Both the position numbers and the translations under genes were made by a program. Below, in pieces: positions 1 to 13,337 of a stretch of 64,000 nucleotides of DNA; the first letter of the stretch is position 1, and each line of letters starts with the position of its first letter. The stretch covers positions 45,740,706-45,804,705 of the forward strand of contig NC_068987.1 of the NCBI RefSeq assembly GCF_001194135.2. Direction: 5' to 3'. The DNA is from Octopus bimaculoides (Eukaryota). The notes below the pieces were generated by a model, which was given only the letters and a program-made list of their open reading frames with translations, did no database searches and had not been told where the DNA came from.

Positions 1-142
1 AGGGCATCCAGCTGTAGAAACTCTGCCAAATTAGATTGGAGCCTGGTGTTGCCATCCGGTTTCACCAGTCCTCAGTCAAATCGTCCAACCCATGCTAGCA
101 TGGAAAGCAGACGTTAAACGATGATGATGATGATGATGATGA
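1..142 (+). mobile_element. 3' end of RTE-tail-like retroposon (family C) with (GAT)n tail, young copy
   Basis: Ends ...GTCCAACCCATGCTAGCATGGAAAGCAGACGTTAAAC(GAT)n; near-identical reverse copy at 58566-58676; many older copies in the window. Confidence 0.75.
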
Positions 143-362
143 TGAGCTGGTAGAATTGTTAGCATGCCAGGTGAAATACTTAGCAGTGTTTTGTCTGCCA
201 CTATGTTCTGAGTTCAAATTCCGCCGAGGTCAACTTTTCCTTTCATCCTTTCAGGGTCAATAAATTAAGTGCCAGTGAAACACTGGGGCTGGTGTATTCA
301 ACCAGTCCCCTCCCCACAAATTTCAAGCCTTGCGCCTTTAGTAGAAAAGATTATTATTATCA
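143..362 (+). mobile_element. tRNA-headed SINE, family A
   Basis: GAGCTGGTAGAATTGTTAGC head, GAGTTCAAATTCC B-box-like motif, GGTCAACTTT-CCTTTCATCCTTTC core, (ATT)n tail; more than 15 copies in the window. Confidence 0.8.
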
Positions 363-371
363 TTATATGTA

Positions 372-600
372 AGGTAGCAAGATGGCAGAATCATTTGCAT
401 GTCAGACAAAATGCTTAGTGCCATTTCTTCTAGCTCTTTATATTCTGAGTTCAAATTCTGCCAAGGTTAACTTTACCTTTTATCCTTTCATGTCAACAAA
501 ATAAAGTACCAATTAGGCACTGGGATCAATGTAATCATCTTGCCTCCCCACTTCAAAATTGCTGGCCTTGTGCCAAAATTAGAAACACTAATTATTATTA
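372..600 (+). mobile_element. SINE family A, second head-to-tail copy
   Basis: Same head, core and tail modules directly after the previous copy's (ATT)n tail. Confidence 0.75.
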
Positions 601-627
601 TATGCATTTTGTTGTTGTTGCTTTCTT

Positions 628-900
628 TAACCCTAGGTTAGACTTGAATGAGTACGCCTATGACCAAAAGCATTCTTGTCATGATCATCCAAACTTTCTA
701 CACAGTTTAACTCAGACTACGAGAGGTAGACTATTTAGTGGTTAACATTTCAACTGCTAGCAGTGCTAGGGTCAGATCATTCCAGAAGTGACCTAATATG
801 AAATGTATCCTTCCTGGTATTTTCTAAAAGAATGTATGATTTGAGGGAGATTTGGCAACTATTTCTATCAGGACAGATGACTACAACATAGAAACTCTCT
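628..900. repeat. Unclassified dispersed repeat (family F)
   Basis: Motifs CCCCAGGTCAGCC...ATGATCAAAAGCATTCC and GATTTGAGGGAGATTTGG...CTATTTCTAGCAG recur at about 10655-10880, 27520-27725 (-), 35282-35420 and 43760-43940 (-). Confidence 0.55.
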
Positions 901-3234
901 TGTTAAGTATGTGTTGATTAATAATGTAAATTGAAAGATTTAATAATTGAAAGATTAATAATGTAAATTGAAAGATTTGCTTACATTAACATATTATAAT
1001 CATGGCGTCTATTGATGACATTGATCAATGGGTTTCTTCCAACAATTACCAACTACCAAACCCTCTCACAAAGATTTGATCAAGATCAACCAAAANNNNN
1101 NNNNNTTTTTTTTTTTTTTTTTTGTTACAAAGGCTAAACTTACTCTTTAGAGTCAGAAAATATTTCAACTGTGTCAGGATCTGAACAGAGCACTTACTAG
1201 ACACACAGATATTTCAAATTATACTCTGCCACGAAGTACATCTGATTTATGAGTAAATCTCCACTCAATAATAATTTATAATCATTAGCTCAGCAAATTT
1301 TCTATGTTGTATCACAGTCTCTTCATCTTTAACTTTAATGATTCTTGCTACTACAATAGTTCCTGCTTCTTTCAGTTAGCAAGCAGAGTGATGTTTTCAC
1401 CTCTTCATCTCCTGTCATCTCCATAGTGTTTCACTAAAGTCCATATTAAACACTTTACTCTGAACCTTCCTTTTAAGGGCTGCAATGCTCTGGAACCCTT
1501 GCTTTGCTAACATTTTTTCCTTACAGACATCAACATAGAAAAGTTCAAGTTAAACACCTACTGCATTAACCTTGTAAGTCTAGCAAGGCTTGAAAATGCT
1601 GTAGATAGAACCTCACTTCCTTGGCTTGAGTCATCATCATCAAATATACAAGAAGCATTGCTCAGTTGATGATTCTATGGTAATATTCAGCATTCAGCCC
1701 CTTGTAAGTTCAGTACGAGATAAGGCCACAACATATCAATTTCCATACTTAGTGATAATATTCCTTATCAGGTGATCTGGCCCATATTTCAACCAATTGT
1801 TTTTCTGGAATAATTGCGTAGGTGTCATGGTTAATGGAAAATACCATGTAGTTTGCACCAAATGATTTTTGTAAATTAGATGCTTGGGAAATACAAGGCA
1901 GAAGAGCCAGAGGACTCATAAAGCTTTGTTGGTTAGCTGCTAGCTATGCTGCTCAGACCTTTCACTAAGCATAAAGACATAGCATTTTCACTTCTTGACA
2001 AACTACTGGCATTCAACACAGTAGCTTTTTGTAAAGTAACAATTCTAACATTAGTCTGTTAATAAAATCTAAATATTTGACTGGTTTTACTTGTGAGCAG
2101 CACGTAGCCAGACCAAATAATCCAGCTCTGAGCTGATCAGTTCTACAAGACTATCCTCCATGAACTAATCTTGTGTCTGTAAATTGCTGACTTAAGGAGT
2201 TACATCAAATAGTTGTTGATTCATGGAGAGGATGATTTGATATGACCTGCCTGGAAGTGTCAACAAAGAACATGGGTTTTGAGTCACCTTCTCTAATTAA
2301 TTATTAAAACAGAAGCCCTTTCTGTAGAATCCTCTTCTACTAGACTATGAACACATCATACAACTCTCTGTAATTATCTAGGGCAGATAGTAGTGGTGAG
2401 GCAGATATCACAGTAAACAAAGCTGCTTGACAACTTACTCATTGTCATGTGAGCCAATAAGACTCTAAATATGATTAATTAGAGACGGTAACACAATCCT
2501 CATGTCAATCAGATATCTCTCCTTAAAGTACAGCTAACTCATTAGGAGACATAGGTAATTATACTCTTCATAATATATAGCAAGGTGCCTGGGTGTTGAG
2601 CAGGAATGATGGGATGTGTCTAGAGAACAAAATAAACAAACAGATGAATTATTTCAGAGTTGTACTTGCATGGCAAATGACTTCACCTGTGACAGAGTAT
2701 TAAAACTGAAATAATTACTAGGTGAAAATAACCATTTAAGTTACTTAAATCATTTAAAACACAAAGAAATTGTTATATTCAGCTTTTATTTATTTTCTGA
2801 GGTGATAAAATTTCTGTTGCATTTTTGCAACCTGGTCACTGACATAATTCCACTACATCTATCAAAAATTAGTTACATGCAAGTTTTTATTAGACTTGAA
2901 GATCATGAAGAGGAGGATTTCTTTACAGTTTGCTGTTGTTGAACTTTGGGGATTGATGGTGTACTGCATAGTTACTCTTTGAATGTTTGACGTGTAGGTT
3001 GATGCTTGTCACTGATAGATTCCATTCTATTTTCCCTCTTTGTCTGTATTGTCTACAACTTACATATTTCATCATCAATATACCTCCACTTTTTTCCTTG
3101 TATGGGGATGGTTTTGAACATATGGAGACATCATTTGTGTTGTATATGTATAAAATTATGAGTGGTGTATTTGCTTATAGTACAAGTTTATAAAAATTAC
3201 ATTTTTACTAAAATGATGTATTTAAAAAAGAACT

Positions 3235-3550
3235 GGCACTGTGTCAGTTATGGCAAGAGTTCCAGTTGATCCGATCAATGGAACAGCTTGCTCATAAAAT
3301 TAATGTGCAAGAGGCTGTACACTCTACAGACATGTGTACACTTAATGTAATTCTCAGGAAGATTCAGTATGACACAGAATGTGATTGTGACAAGACTGTC
3401 CTTTGAAATACAGCTACTTCTCATTTTTGTCAGCTGAGTCAACTGGAGCAATGTGAAATAAAGTGTCTTGCTCAAGAGTACAATGTGCCATTAGGAATTA
3501 AACTCACAATCTTATGACCATGAGCCAAATACCCCTAACCACTAAGCCAC
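3235..3550 (-). mobile_element. tRNA-headed SINE, family D
   Basis: Minus strand begins GTGGCTTAGTGGTTAGGGGTATTTGGCTCATGGTCATAAGATTGTGAGTTTAATTCC, then CTTGAGCAAGACACTTT; related heads at about 10140-10285 (-), 32090-32200 (+) and 36355-36500 (+). Confidence 0.65.
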
Positions 3551-3611
3551 TGTTAAAGTAAATAACAAAATTACAAGAAGCAAATTGTATCCATGATATT
3601 TTAAAAAATCA

Positions 3612-3707
3612 CCATTGACAACCTTTTTACACCTCCCATTGACAATCTCTCTATACCACTCATTGAAAACCTTTCCACACTTTCCATTGACAACCTCCCT
3701 ACACATA
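3612..3707. repeat. Degenerate ~24-bp minisatellite, 4 units
   Basis: CCATTGACAACC-N12 repeated four times. Confidence 0.6.
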
Positions 3708-4854
3708 CCCACATCCCACTGACTACTTTTCTAAACATCCCACGAAAAGTTTAGTTGTATTGAGCATTGGGTTATGGATAGAGTACATAACTATGAACGG
3801 AACATACAAATTGTGTATACTCCACTCAAACATTACAAGAAATCCTATTGCAGACCAACAGTAATAAGAAAAGACTCTATTATGTCCAAATCTACCAAAC
3901 TGATTTAGTCTTTTGTCAGACATTAAAACAGTACTGAGGAATATGTTCTAAATATACATCATGACTGATAAATCTCATTCATACTTTATCTTCCAAAGCC
4001 ATTTGTTTTGTTATTGTTTTTGACAGGCTCACAGTGCACTGAGAATCTTAAAAAAGGTTTTAAAATATTGTGAAAATGATACAGACACAATAAGCCCTGT
4101 ATTTAATAACATATTAAAACAATAATTAATGGTAATAATAAAATAACTTTGGCCAGTATGTGGTGCAATAACAAAACATTTGAGAGTGTAATGTTTGTGA
4201 ATGTCATGACAAATAGTGATTTAGCTAAGAGGTTTAAGAAAATCTACTTAGAAACTAATCTTAATGATATAAAACAGGTAGATCAGTCATACTACTCATC
4301 TGTAAGCCCTACATTTTAAAAAATAATTGTATGATGTGTGTCATAATTTCACATATCAAATGTAATGAAGAAATATAGTATACAACATAAGATATTGAGA
4401 AGGACCGTGTGCAATCATTCTTAGAACCTACATTCAAAGATGCATGTTGGAATATAGGTGAAAGATTCAGTGAGTATTGGAACAACTTACAGAAAAAAAA
4501 CAAAAAAAAACAAAAGACAAAAACAAAATCTCTATTTCAGCAACATGCATTAATTAGGTAAATGTGATGCAGCAAACTATAAATTCAGTATAGGCACGAT
4601 ATCTTATGATACTACAGTATGACAGGTAAGGGAATCAGTTTCTCTACAATTGTATAAGCCAAGTCTCAGCCAGATGTCTCAAAGGGATAGTGCCAATGTA
4701 ACATACTTAAGAAGTGCATATATTCCCTTTGCTGGAACTCTTGCAAAGTAATGCCTTTTAATGCCTCCATCGTTTTTTCTTCACCTCTTCCACATCTGCA
4801 AATTCCATAGCATCAGCTTTTGTCACCTTTGAAAAATGGCCTGGATCAACTTAA

Positions 4855-5139
4855 GCAAGAGACCAAAAAACTCCTTGTAACATCGAAGATGAACTGAAGG
4901 CAAGGATTATAGCAGCATTCACAAACTTAAACAAGGAGACTGTCCAGAAGAGTTGCAGGAGATTCCAAAGTCGTCTAGAGGCCATGGTTGAAGCCAATAG
5001 TGATTTTATTGAATAAATTTACTGTTTAGTATTTCAAGATATTTTTATGTAATTTTGGTAAATATATCTGTTAAAATGAGATGTCAGTGTTATTTTCATT
5101 TTTGTATAATTTAGATGACAGTTTACTTACCGCACCCTG
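4855..5139 (+). mobile_element. 3' end of a Tc1/mariner-superfamily (maT-like) transposon
   Basis: Translates KTPCNIEDELKARIIAAFTNLNKETVQKSCRRFQSRLEAMVEANSDFIE* (stop at 5014-5016), a typical transposase C-terminus; ends GCACCCTG followed by TA. Confidence 0.8.
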
Positions 5140-5940
5140 TATATATATAAATGTATACATACATATATACATATCATCATCATCATCATCATGAGAATTT
5201 ATGATGAACACAAGTTTATATCATTTGTTCCTACATACGTTTCATTATTGTGGTTGTTTGGAACTCTGCACTGGATGTTCTAAGTGCAACTGGATGCTTA
5301 ACTGTAATGGATCATGAGAGGAAACATTTTATTGCATTATGTTACAGAGATCCAATATCTCTTCTGTTGTGGTTAAGCATCTACTTGCATGCAAAGCATC
5401 CAATGCAGAGTGCCAAACAATCATAACAGTGAAACCTACATAAGAACAAATGATAGAAATTTATGCTTATCATAATTTCTTGTACATTTGCTCTGTATGG
5501 TGTAACAACTAATACTATTAGAATAGTATTTGTTTAATCACACGACTGGAGCTCTAAATTCAACAGTAGTAGTCATGCATTTAACTGTACACACAATATA
5601 TGAAATATATATTTATGTATATATATGTCTGTCTATCTATCTCTCTCTCTTTCTCTCTCTCTCCATATATTTATATATATCTTCTACTATATTTAAGATA
5701 ATACATGTTTACTCATATATATATATATATATATAATTACATCAAGGATATCAAATCCTCTTAAAAGGATGCTACCATCCAAGTTCCATGATTATATCCA
5801 GTGCTTCAATGAAAAACCAAAGATGTTAATTTCACATACATGGATATGTGTATATAAATATTCATGTATGAGAAAAAGAAATGGAGAAATTAATACATAG
5901 ACATCAATTTATTTGAACAAATTCCATTCTGTATAACATC

Positions 5941-6067
5941 AAATTCTTTACACCTACAACTGTTTCCATACCCAATTAATTCAATTTGAGAAATCAAATT
6001 AAATTAAATTAATTAAATTTTCATATCAAATATTGTAAATTGGGTATTTCATCAAGGGAGAGAATTT
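5941..6067 (-). ncRNA. Type I hammerhead-ribozyme-like motif with long stem II (Penelope-like terminus)
   Basis: Minus strand: AAATTCTCTCCC-TTGATGA-A-ATACCCAATT...AATTGGGTAT-G-GAAA-CAGTTG-TA-GGTGTAAAGAATTT. Confidence 0.55.
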
Positions 6068-6679
6068 ATTAGAAAGGAGCTACATACAACATGTTGGTTG
6101 TCCTTTAATAAACTCAGATATGTGTGTTTTAGCAACAGGTGTATTTAAAAAAACTGCTACTATTCTTATGTATTTGTGCATGTGTGTGGTAAAGTTTTGA
6201 AAATGATGAAATGATGATGAATCAAAACTGTTTACTAATTACCATAGTTGAATATTATGTCATCGATATTAGTGAACAATAGTGAGAAAAGAAATGAATG
6301 ATCTAATCGAGGAAAGCATAAATATAAACAAATCAAATTAAGAAACTAATGAAGTTAAAACCAATATTAAATCAACACATTGCATCTCTAACTTAAATTA
6401 ATTAACCATTCATAAGCTATTAATCATATATTCTCGAGATATGTGTCTGAATTAAAGTTCCAGTAAACTATATATAACATATACTACTGTTACCTGTACA
6501 TAAATCTTTATATTTATATCATCCATTTAATTTATACATTAATATTAAAATGATATATATTAAAAATTATTTACTCATTTTAGTTACTGATGTAAGCATA
6601 TTAATCATAAGATACTGCCTGATTCAAGGTTTCAGTGACCTTACAATTATATCTAATTTATTCTTTAAATTACATCTAA

Positions 6680-7323
6680 TGGTAGTTTCTGAGAACATAT
6701 TTATAGGTGTGAACATATAAAAAAAATAGTCTCCCTCCTTGCATTCAGGAGTTGACACCTTGAATACAAGATTTCAAAAAGTTCCTCCATACAGAGTAAA
6801 CAAAAGACGTTTCCAACTTTATAGGTACTAGCCTATCTTACAATCTCCCACTCCACAGCAATACTTTATTCCTGTCTTTTAATTCCCAAATAAATTTACT
6901 GAGGCTGGAACAAGATGACTTCTTTCTATTATTAAAGGTATAAATGTGATTAGTGATGTGCTTTTTGATATAATTTTCTGTTGCTCCAATGTAAAAAAAA
7001 CTCTTACATTCAGACATCACTCTACATCTATATACTACATTCCTTTGCTTACAATGGTTTTTAAATAAACAGTTACTTTTAACCTTGCAATCACAATGCA
7101 TATTATCACTACTATTCATATTATTATTTTGATTTATATCTTTACATTCTGTGTAATTGTTATTTACTGTGTTACTTATGCTCTTCAGGTTGAGATGGGA
7201 TTTAATGTGGGTTGCTTCCCTTTGTACATTAGAGAAACTATGAATCCATTTATTACTAACATTTTTCCCTAGAGAATCATAATTGTTGCATTTAATTAGG
7301 TGATTATTGTTATAAAAATCCAA
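6680..7323 (-). mobile_element. Penelope-like element, GIY-YIG endonuclease region (decayed)
   Basis: ORF 6838-7323: CDCKVKSNCLFKNHCKQRNVVYRC...FYIGATEN...ITNHIYTF...SLSKFIWELKD; a frameshifted continuation gives a C-x2-C motif (CLLCMEE) and LLNARRE. Confidence 0.85.
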
Positions 7324-7337
7324 TAATTTTTAATTCA

Positions 7338-8382
7338 TTAAGTGAAGACCTCAAGGACAGTCAAGCTGATATGGTTGCTACATTAGGAGATGATGCTCCA
7401 GCTTTATCAACTGTGCAAAAGTGGGCAGCTGAATTCAAGAGGGGTAGGGAGAGTCTTGAAGATGACCCAAAGTCCGGGCATCCTGCCACAGTTACCACCC
7501 AAGAAAAAATTGACTGTGTTCACCACATGGTGATGAATGACAGACATTTAAATGTTAATCAGATAGCTAATGCTGTCGGCACCTCCAGTGAATGAGTTGA
7601 GAACATTCTGCAAAACAAACCTGGCATTTCAAAGAATTCTGCCTGGTGGCTACCTGATCAAAAGCACACCAGACTGGTCATATTGCAGGCAAACTTGGCA
7701 CTTTTTGAAGCACATCCAACTGGTTTTATTGAACATTTCCTCACCCAAGATGAATGTTGGGTTCACCACTTTGAGCCAGAGGCCAAACAGCAGTCCATGC
7801 AATGGAAACACCTGTCTTTTTCCCCACCAAAGAAGGCCAAGGTGGTGTCATCAGCAGGGAAGGTGATGGCCTCCATCTTCTGTGATGCAAAGAGCATTGT
7901 GTTCATTGACTACTTTCAGAGAGGCCATACTATCAGTGGAGAATACTATTCCAACTTGCTAAGATAGCTGCAAAAGGCAATCAAGTCAAAACAGCCTGGA
8001 AAACTGATGAAGGGGTCCTGCTTCATCAGGACAATGCTCCTGCACACAAGTCTGTGGTTGCAATGGCTGCTGTGCATGACTGTGGCTTTGAACTGGTTGC
8101 AATGGCTGCTGCGTATATTCTCCTGATTTGATACCATCTGACTATTTTTTGTTCTCCAGCATGAAAAAACACTTGGCTGGGAAGCAGTATTGCACCGATA
8201 TCTACTGTTGACTTTTTTGAGGGTCAGGATGACAGCTTCTATACCACGGGAATCCAAGTGCTGCAACACTGATGGAGGAAGTGTTTAGACTGCAAAGGAG
8301 GCTATGTTGAAAAATAAAACACATTTAGTCAACTTCAACCATTGCATTATGGTCAGCCTATGAACTTTTCAGCCTACACTCA
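7338..8382 (+). mobile_element. mariner (DD34D) transposon, 5'-truncated, with transposase pseudogene
   Basis: ORFs 7371-7595 and 7683-7967 plus downstream frames give KWAAEFKRGRESLEDD, TQDECWVHHFEPE, HQDNAP and YSPDLIPSDY; has stops and frameshifts; ends AACTTTTCAGCCTACACTCA then TA. Confidence 0.92.
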
Positions 8383-8775
8383 TATGTGGGATCATGGGGT
8401 AAAGACAGATATTTTGGTTTTATTTTGATTTTGTTCTAATGCAAGAGTATGAAGAAGCAATAATACAATAAAGGTATTGATTGACTTATTCAAAGACAAA
8501 TGGAATAACTTTGTTTGGTAGACATGGTAGTTGGCACTTTCTCATATTTGATAAATTATCATTTCTATAAATAATAATCGATTTTTAAATAAAATTTTAA
8601 GCATTTAAGAACAAATAGTAACGGTTACATACACTTTTAATTTATTACTTATTATTTACTTTCCCTCTCTGTATTGTATATACACACATATGAAATACAT
8701 ATACACATGTATGTATGTATGTATGTATGTCTGAATGATATATTTTATTTTAGTCAAATTAGCCTCTTATTACTC

Positions 8776-8821
8776 TCAGTTCACCTGTGGTAGGTGAACA
8801 TGGTCTTCAGGCAAGTTATGA
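8776..8821 (-). CDS. Candidate small or terminal exon of an unknown gene (HNLPEDHVHLPQVN*)
   Basis: Acceptor ATTAATTTACAG; phase 2 start fits the exon at 13751-13883 (GA+T = Asp); ends at donor CAG|GTGAAC (8785) or at stop TGA (8778-8776). Confidence 0.35.
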
Positions 8822-9011
8822 CTGTAAATTAATAGGGTTTGCATATTCATAACAGTTTTCTTGTTATAGGGTGTGGTGACAAGGAGAAAATATGAAAAAT
8901 TTACGTGAATATCCTATGCATCTACAGGTGTAACTCAACGTAGTAAGATATGGACTCAACCAAAATCTCCTAGTATAATAATGGGTGTAGTGTTTATATA
9001 TATATATATAT

Positions 9012-9164
9012 NNNNNNNNNNNNNNNNNNNNNNNNNNNNNNNNNNNNNNNNNNNNNNNNNNNNNNNNNNNNNNNNNNNNNNNNNNNNNNNNNNNNNNNNN
9101 NNNNNNNNNNNNNNNNNNNNNNNNNNNNNNNNNNNNNNNNNNNNNNNNNNNNNNNNNNNNNNNN
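9012..9164. other. Assembly gap
   Basis: N run; small 10-N gaps also at 1096-1105 and 22977-22986, and a 53-N gap at 51578-51630. Confidence 1.
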
Positions 9165-9418
9165 TGAGAGAAAGGAAGGGATGAAAAAAAAATCAGTGTT
9201 TCAACTCTGTGTGAGTATATGTGTGTATGTGTGCATGTGTACAAGGGAAGTATGGAAATGTTTGTATGTGTGATTATTATGTACCTTATTTTGTACCTTA
9301 TGTATATATAAAATTATATTGATACTGAGAACTCTTTTCTCTGATATATTATAGATATATTTTTCAGTGTGTATATGTGTAAATATATGTCTGTGTATGT
9401 ATATACATACATACACAT

Positions 9419-9449
<31 letters not shown>

Positions 9450-9456
9450 TATACCT

Positions 9457-9503
<47 letters not shown>

Positions 9504-9761
9504 TAAGTGTGTATTATGGGAACCAATTCAAAATGCATAGTTGCTGTTTTTATAAATATATCATCATCACCATCATTTTAGCATATCCTTTTCCATGTTT
9601 GCATGGGGCAGATTATCTACAGCTGGATGCCCTTCTTGTCACCAACATTCACCAGTTTACAAACAAAGGAAATATTTTCTCATGGCCAGACATGTTTTTG
9701 CAGAATATTGAAAATGAATGATACTACTCATTTACAGTAATCATGTGATGCCAAGGTAAAG

Positions 9762-9797
<36 letters not shown>

Positions 9798-9844
9798 TTT
9801 TTAATCTTTTACCCATTTCAGTGTAATGACTGGGGCCATACTGG

Positions 9845-10125
9845 GGCACCCCCTTGAAGAATATCTAGTCATATGAATTGATCCCAGTTCATATATCTTT
9901 TTCTAAGTCTGATACTTAATCTACAGGAACATAAGCACACCAATATCAGTTGTCAAGTGGTGATTGGGCTTCTTTTGGTTTTCACCTACCAAATTCACTC
10001 ACAAGGCTCTAGTCACCCCAAGGCAATAGTACATGACACTTGTCAAAAGTGCCACACATTAGGACTGAACCTGGAACTATGTGGTTGGGAAGCAAACTTC
10101 TTACTACACAGCCATACCTGTGCTT
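9845..10125 (-). mobile_element. SINE family B (decayed)
   Basis: Reverse complement of GTGTAGTAAGAAGTTTGCTTCCCAACC...CCTTGTGAGTGAATTTGGTAG. Confidence 0.65.
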
Positions 10126-10949
10126 ATGATGTACAGTGTGCCATATATCAGGTGCTGAAGTGTTGACAAAGTAATGTGAGATGAAGTGTTTTGCTCAAGC
10201 ACACAATGCACCACTCTGTCTTGGAACTGAAACCATGATCTTGGACTCATGACTGCAACACTCGAACCACTAGGCCATGTGCACTCTCTCTCTATATGTG
10301 TGTGTGTATGTATATATATATATACACAAACACATACATACACATACATACATACATACATACATACATACATGCATACACATGCCACCATGGTTTGGGC
10401 AGTTTGATAGGAACCAGTGTGCTTCAAGGCAGTATCATGCTCTAAGTCAGCTTTGACATGGTTTCTAGGGTTGGGTGCCCTTCCTAATACCAACCACTTT
10501 ACAATGTATACAAGCTGTTCTACAAGAGTGGAGGGAAAGTACCACACAAACAGTTGAATAAGAAGTGTGAATGGGACTAAGGAAACCTACTTTCAGTTGA
10601 GCCTGACAATGGGGTTAGATTAAGGGTTAGCTGTGTTATTGATATTAATGGTTAGCTCCAGGTCAGCCATAGTTGAGCAGACCTACGATGAAAATATTCC
10701 AACCATGACCATCCTGCTTCTTTAAAGATATCTTGATACTGTAGTTATTAGATATTAATAACTATCTAATGTGTCATTCCCCTTTTAAAATGGGGAGTAG
10801 GATTTGATTAAGATTTAGCTGCTGTTTCTAGCAGTTTGAGTAACTACATTGAAGCTCTTGTGATCTCAAGGTTAGCTGGATAGATCAGTATGTAGAAGTC
10901 TGAGCAATAAAATGAATGGGATGAAGACAAGAGAAAGTACAGGTTCCAT

Positions 10950-12025
10950 AGGGACAGTTAATGGAATGTTGAAAGCACCAGAATGGAATAATATTAAGCT
11001 ATTACTTTAGTCACGTTATACAAAAATATGGAACCCCATCAAAGGTAGGCATACAAGATAGGGAGAAAGTTCTAGAGGTTTGAATTTGAAGACGCAGTTT
11101 ATGAATAAAGGTAAAAAAAAAGAAAACATTAGAGAGAAGTCAGTGAAGGAGTGAGATTATGCAGAATGTATTTCAGGTTTGAATATCTTGTGAGAAAACA
11201 GCAAGGAAAGTTCTTAGCCATGAACACAAAACCCTAGATTGTGTTTGTTGACTTACAGTCTGGTGGACAATGTAGAAGATGGATATGGGAAAGGAGGAAA
11301 AATTGTCACAGAGAAGTTAGTGAAGGAGTGACATTACCCACGATGCATTTCAGAAGATTGTGTTGACTAAATTTCACTCACAAGATGCTGGTCAACACAT
11401 TTGACCAATCTACTGTGCAACTGAAATTGAACCCCAAGCCATGCAGTTGTGAAGTGAACTTTTTAAATGTGCAGCTATGTATGAGACATATTCAAGGATG
11501 GAAGTTACAAAACTGATATCCTTGTTGATAACAAACTCTGTCCGTCTGACTGTTTATCTGTCTGTCTGTCTGTCTCTCTCTCTCTTTGTGCATGCAAATA
11601 ACAGAATACATGAGGCATGTATAACAGATTTTATACTGAATGTCAGTGAGATATGGACAGTTAATGTGAAAGACCTGCAAGGAATGAAGCAGGATGAAGT
11701 AAGAACAGTTGGTCATGTGTGCAGTATTAATCTATAAGATGGAGTACAAATGTCAGCTGGATATCAAAAACCATTGGCTGATATATGTGTATAAGGAAGT
11801 AGATTATGTTCTGGTTGAGTAGAGCAACACGTAACTTGAACAGCTGTACATGTTGCAGGAAAGGTACTGAGGCTTGATGATGTGGACATAGGAAATATGT
11901 TATGGAGTAGTGAAAAAGAAGGCAAAAGAGAGTTGGTTGAACTTTTAAAAGATGGTTAATGTTTGTTAAAAGAGACATTGCTATGTAGATGCATTCAACC
12001 TATTGACATGGAAAAGAAACTGTAT

Positions 12026-12060
<35 letters not shown>
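10950..12060 (+). mobile_element. Decayed RTE-clade LINE, RT to 3' end
   Basis: QQGKFLAMNTKP*IVFVDL near 11200 and KLISLLITN...NRIHEACITDFILNVSEIWTV (ORF 11477-11737) match RTE RT motifs QEKYLAK.KPLYLAFVD and LPLL.TK...GRLYDACVRT.MLHGSETW; ends in (TAA)n. Confidence 0.65.
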
Positions 12061-12076
<16 letters not shown>

Positions 12077-12317
12077 GGAATACAAAATACAAAATGGCTG
12101 ATAGTTAGCAAGGTGGGACACACATAAGAAAGAAGAAAACAAAGGACAACTGAAGAGGTCACAGAAGTGTGACGAAAGAACTCTGGCTGAAATAGGATTA
12201 ATGTAATGTAATGTAATATAAAGCTGAAGCAAATTAACACCAAATATACAGTGCATGTGTTTTTATTGGCTAAACTGGCAATATGACCATCCCCAAGTAC
12301 AACAACAATAATAATAA

Positions 12318-12526
12318 TCCTTTCTATTATAGACACAAGACTTGAAATTGTGGGGGAGGGGAGTAGTCAATTACATCGACTCCAGTACTGGTACTTATTT
12401 TATTGACCCCGAAAGGATGAAAGGTAAAGTCGACCTCAGTGGAATTTGAACTCAGAACATAGAGACGGACGAGATGCCACTAAGCATTTTGCATGGCATG
12501 CTAATGGTTCTGTCAGCTCACTACCT
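12318..12526 (-). mobile_element. SINE family A
   Basis: GAAAGGATGAAAGGTAAAGTCGACC...GAATTTGAACTCAGAAC; full reverse copy. Confidence 0.8.
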
Positions 12527-13337
12527 TAATAAATATAGTAGTAATAATAATAATAATCATTGTCACCCAAGTCACCATCATCACCAATTGACTCCAGCAT
12601 CACAAATTGACTCCAACATCACCATCATCCTCTTAGCTTGGTTTGGACAAAGCTTCTCACAAGGCAGTGTTTTCAGGCTGGATGCTCTTCTTGCTACCAG
12701 CCCTTTTAGTTCCTTCCACAGCATGCAGAGACATGGTAAATCCAGTCAAAAAAGACAGGGTATGGTATATCTATCAATTGTATAACACTACAATAGAGCT
12801 ATCTCCCTTAGTCTCTGTAAAATGCTATTGTACAATACATTGCAGTATAGTAGCATAGTTTGTTGTACGTTATAGTATGTATGAAATCATTTGGGGTACA
12901 TGGTAGTCAAGTGTTTCTGATTGTAGCATAGTATTTTGTAGTGCAGTAGTATATGTTACAGTACACTGTGGTAGGTTGTTTGTGGCTTAATATAGTTATT
13001 TAGTCACTGTAAAATGCTACAATATAGTACACTGTAGTACAATATTGTTTGTTGTAGTACACTAGGGTAGAGTGTTTGTAGCTGAATGTAGTTATTTAGT
13101 GACAGAAACTAACACAGGTACTCTTTCATGTCGACACAAACCAGAAATTTGGGTAGTGGAGAACAGTCAAATTATATCAACCCCAGTACATAACTGGTAT
13201 TTTATTTTATCACAGCAAAAATTACCTCAATAGAATTTGAACTCAGAATGCAAAGGCGCATAGCTACATACTGTAAGGCATCTTTGTGATGTTCAAATGA
13301 TTCAACTGATTGTTGTTGTCTGCCTCTTCCTCATCCT

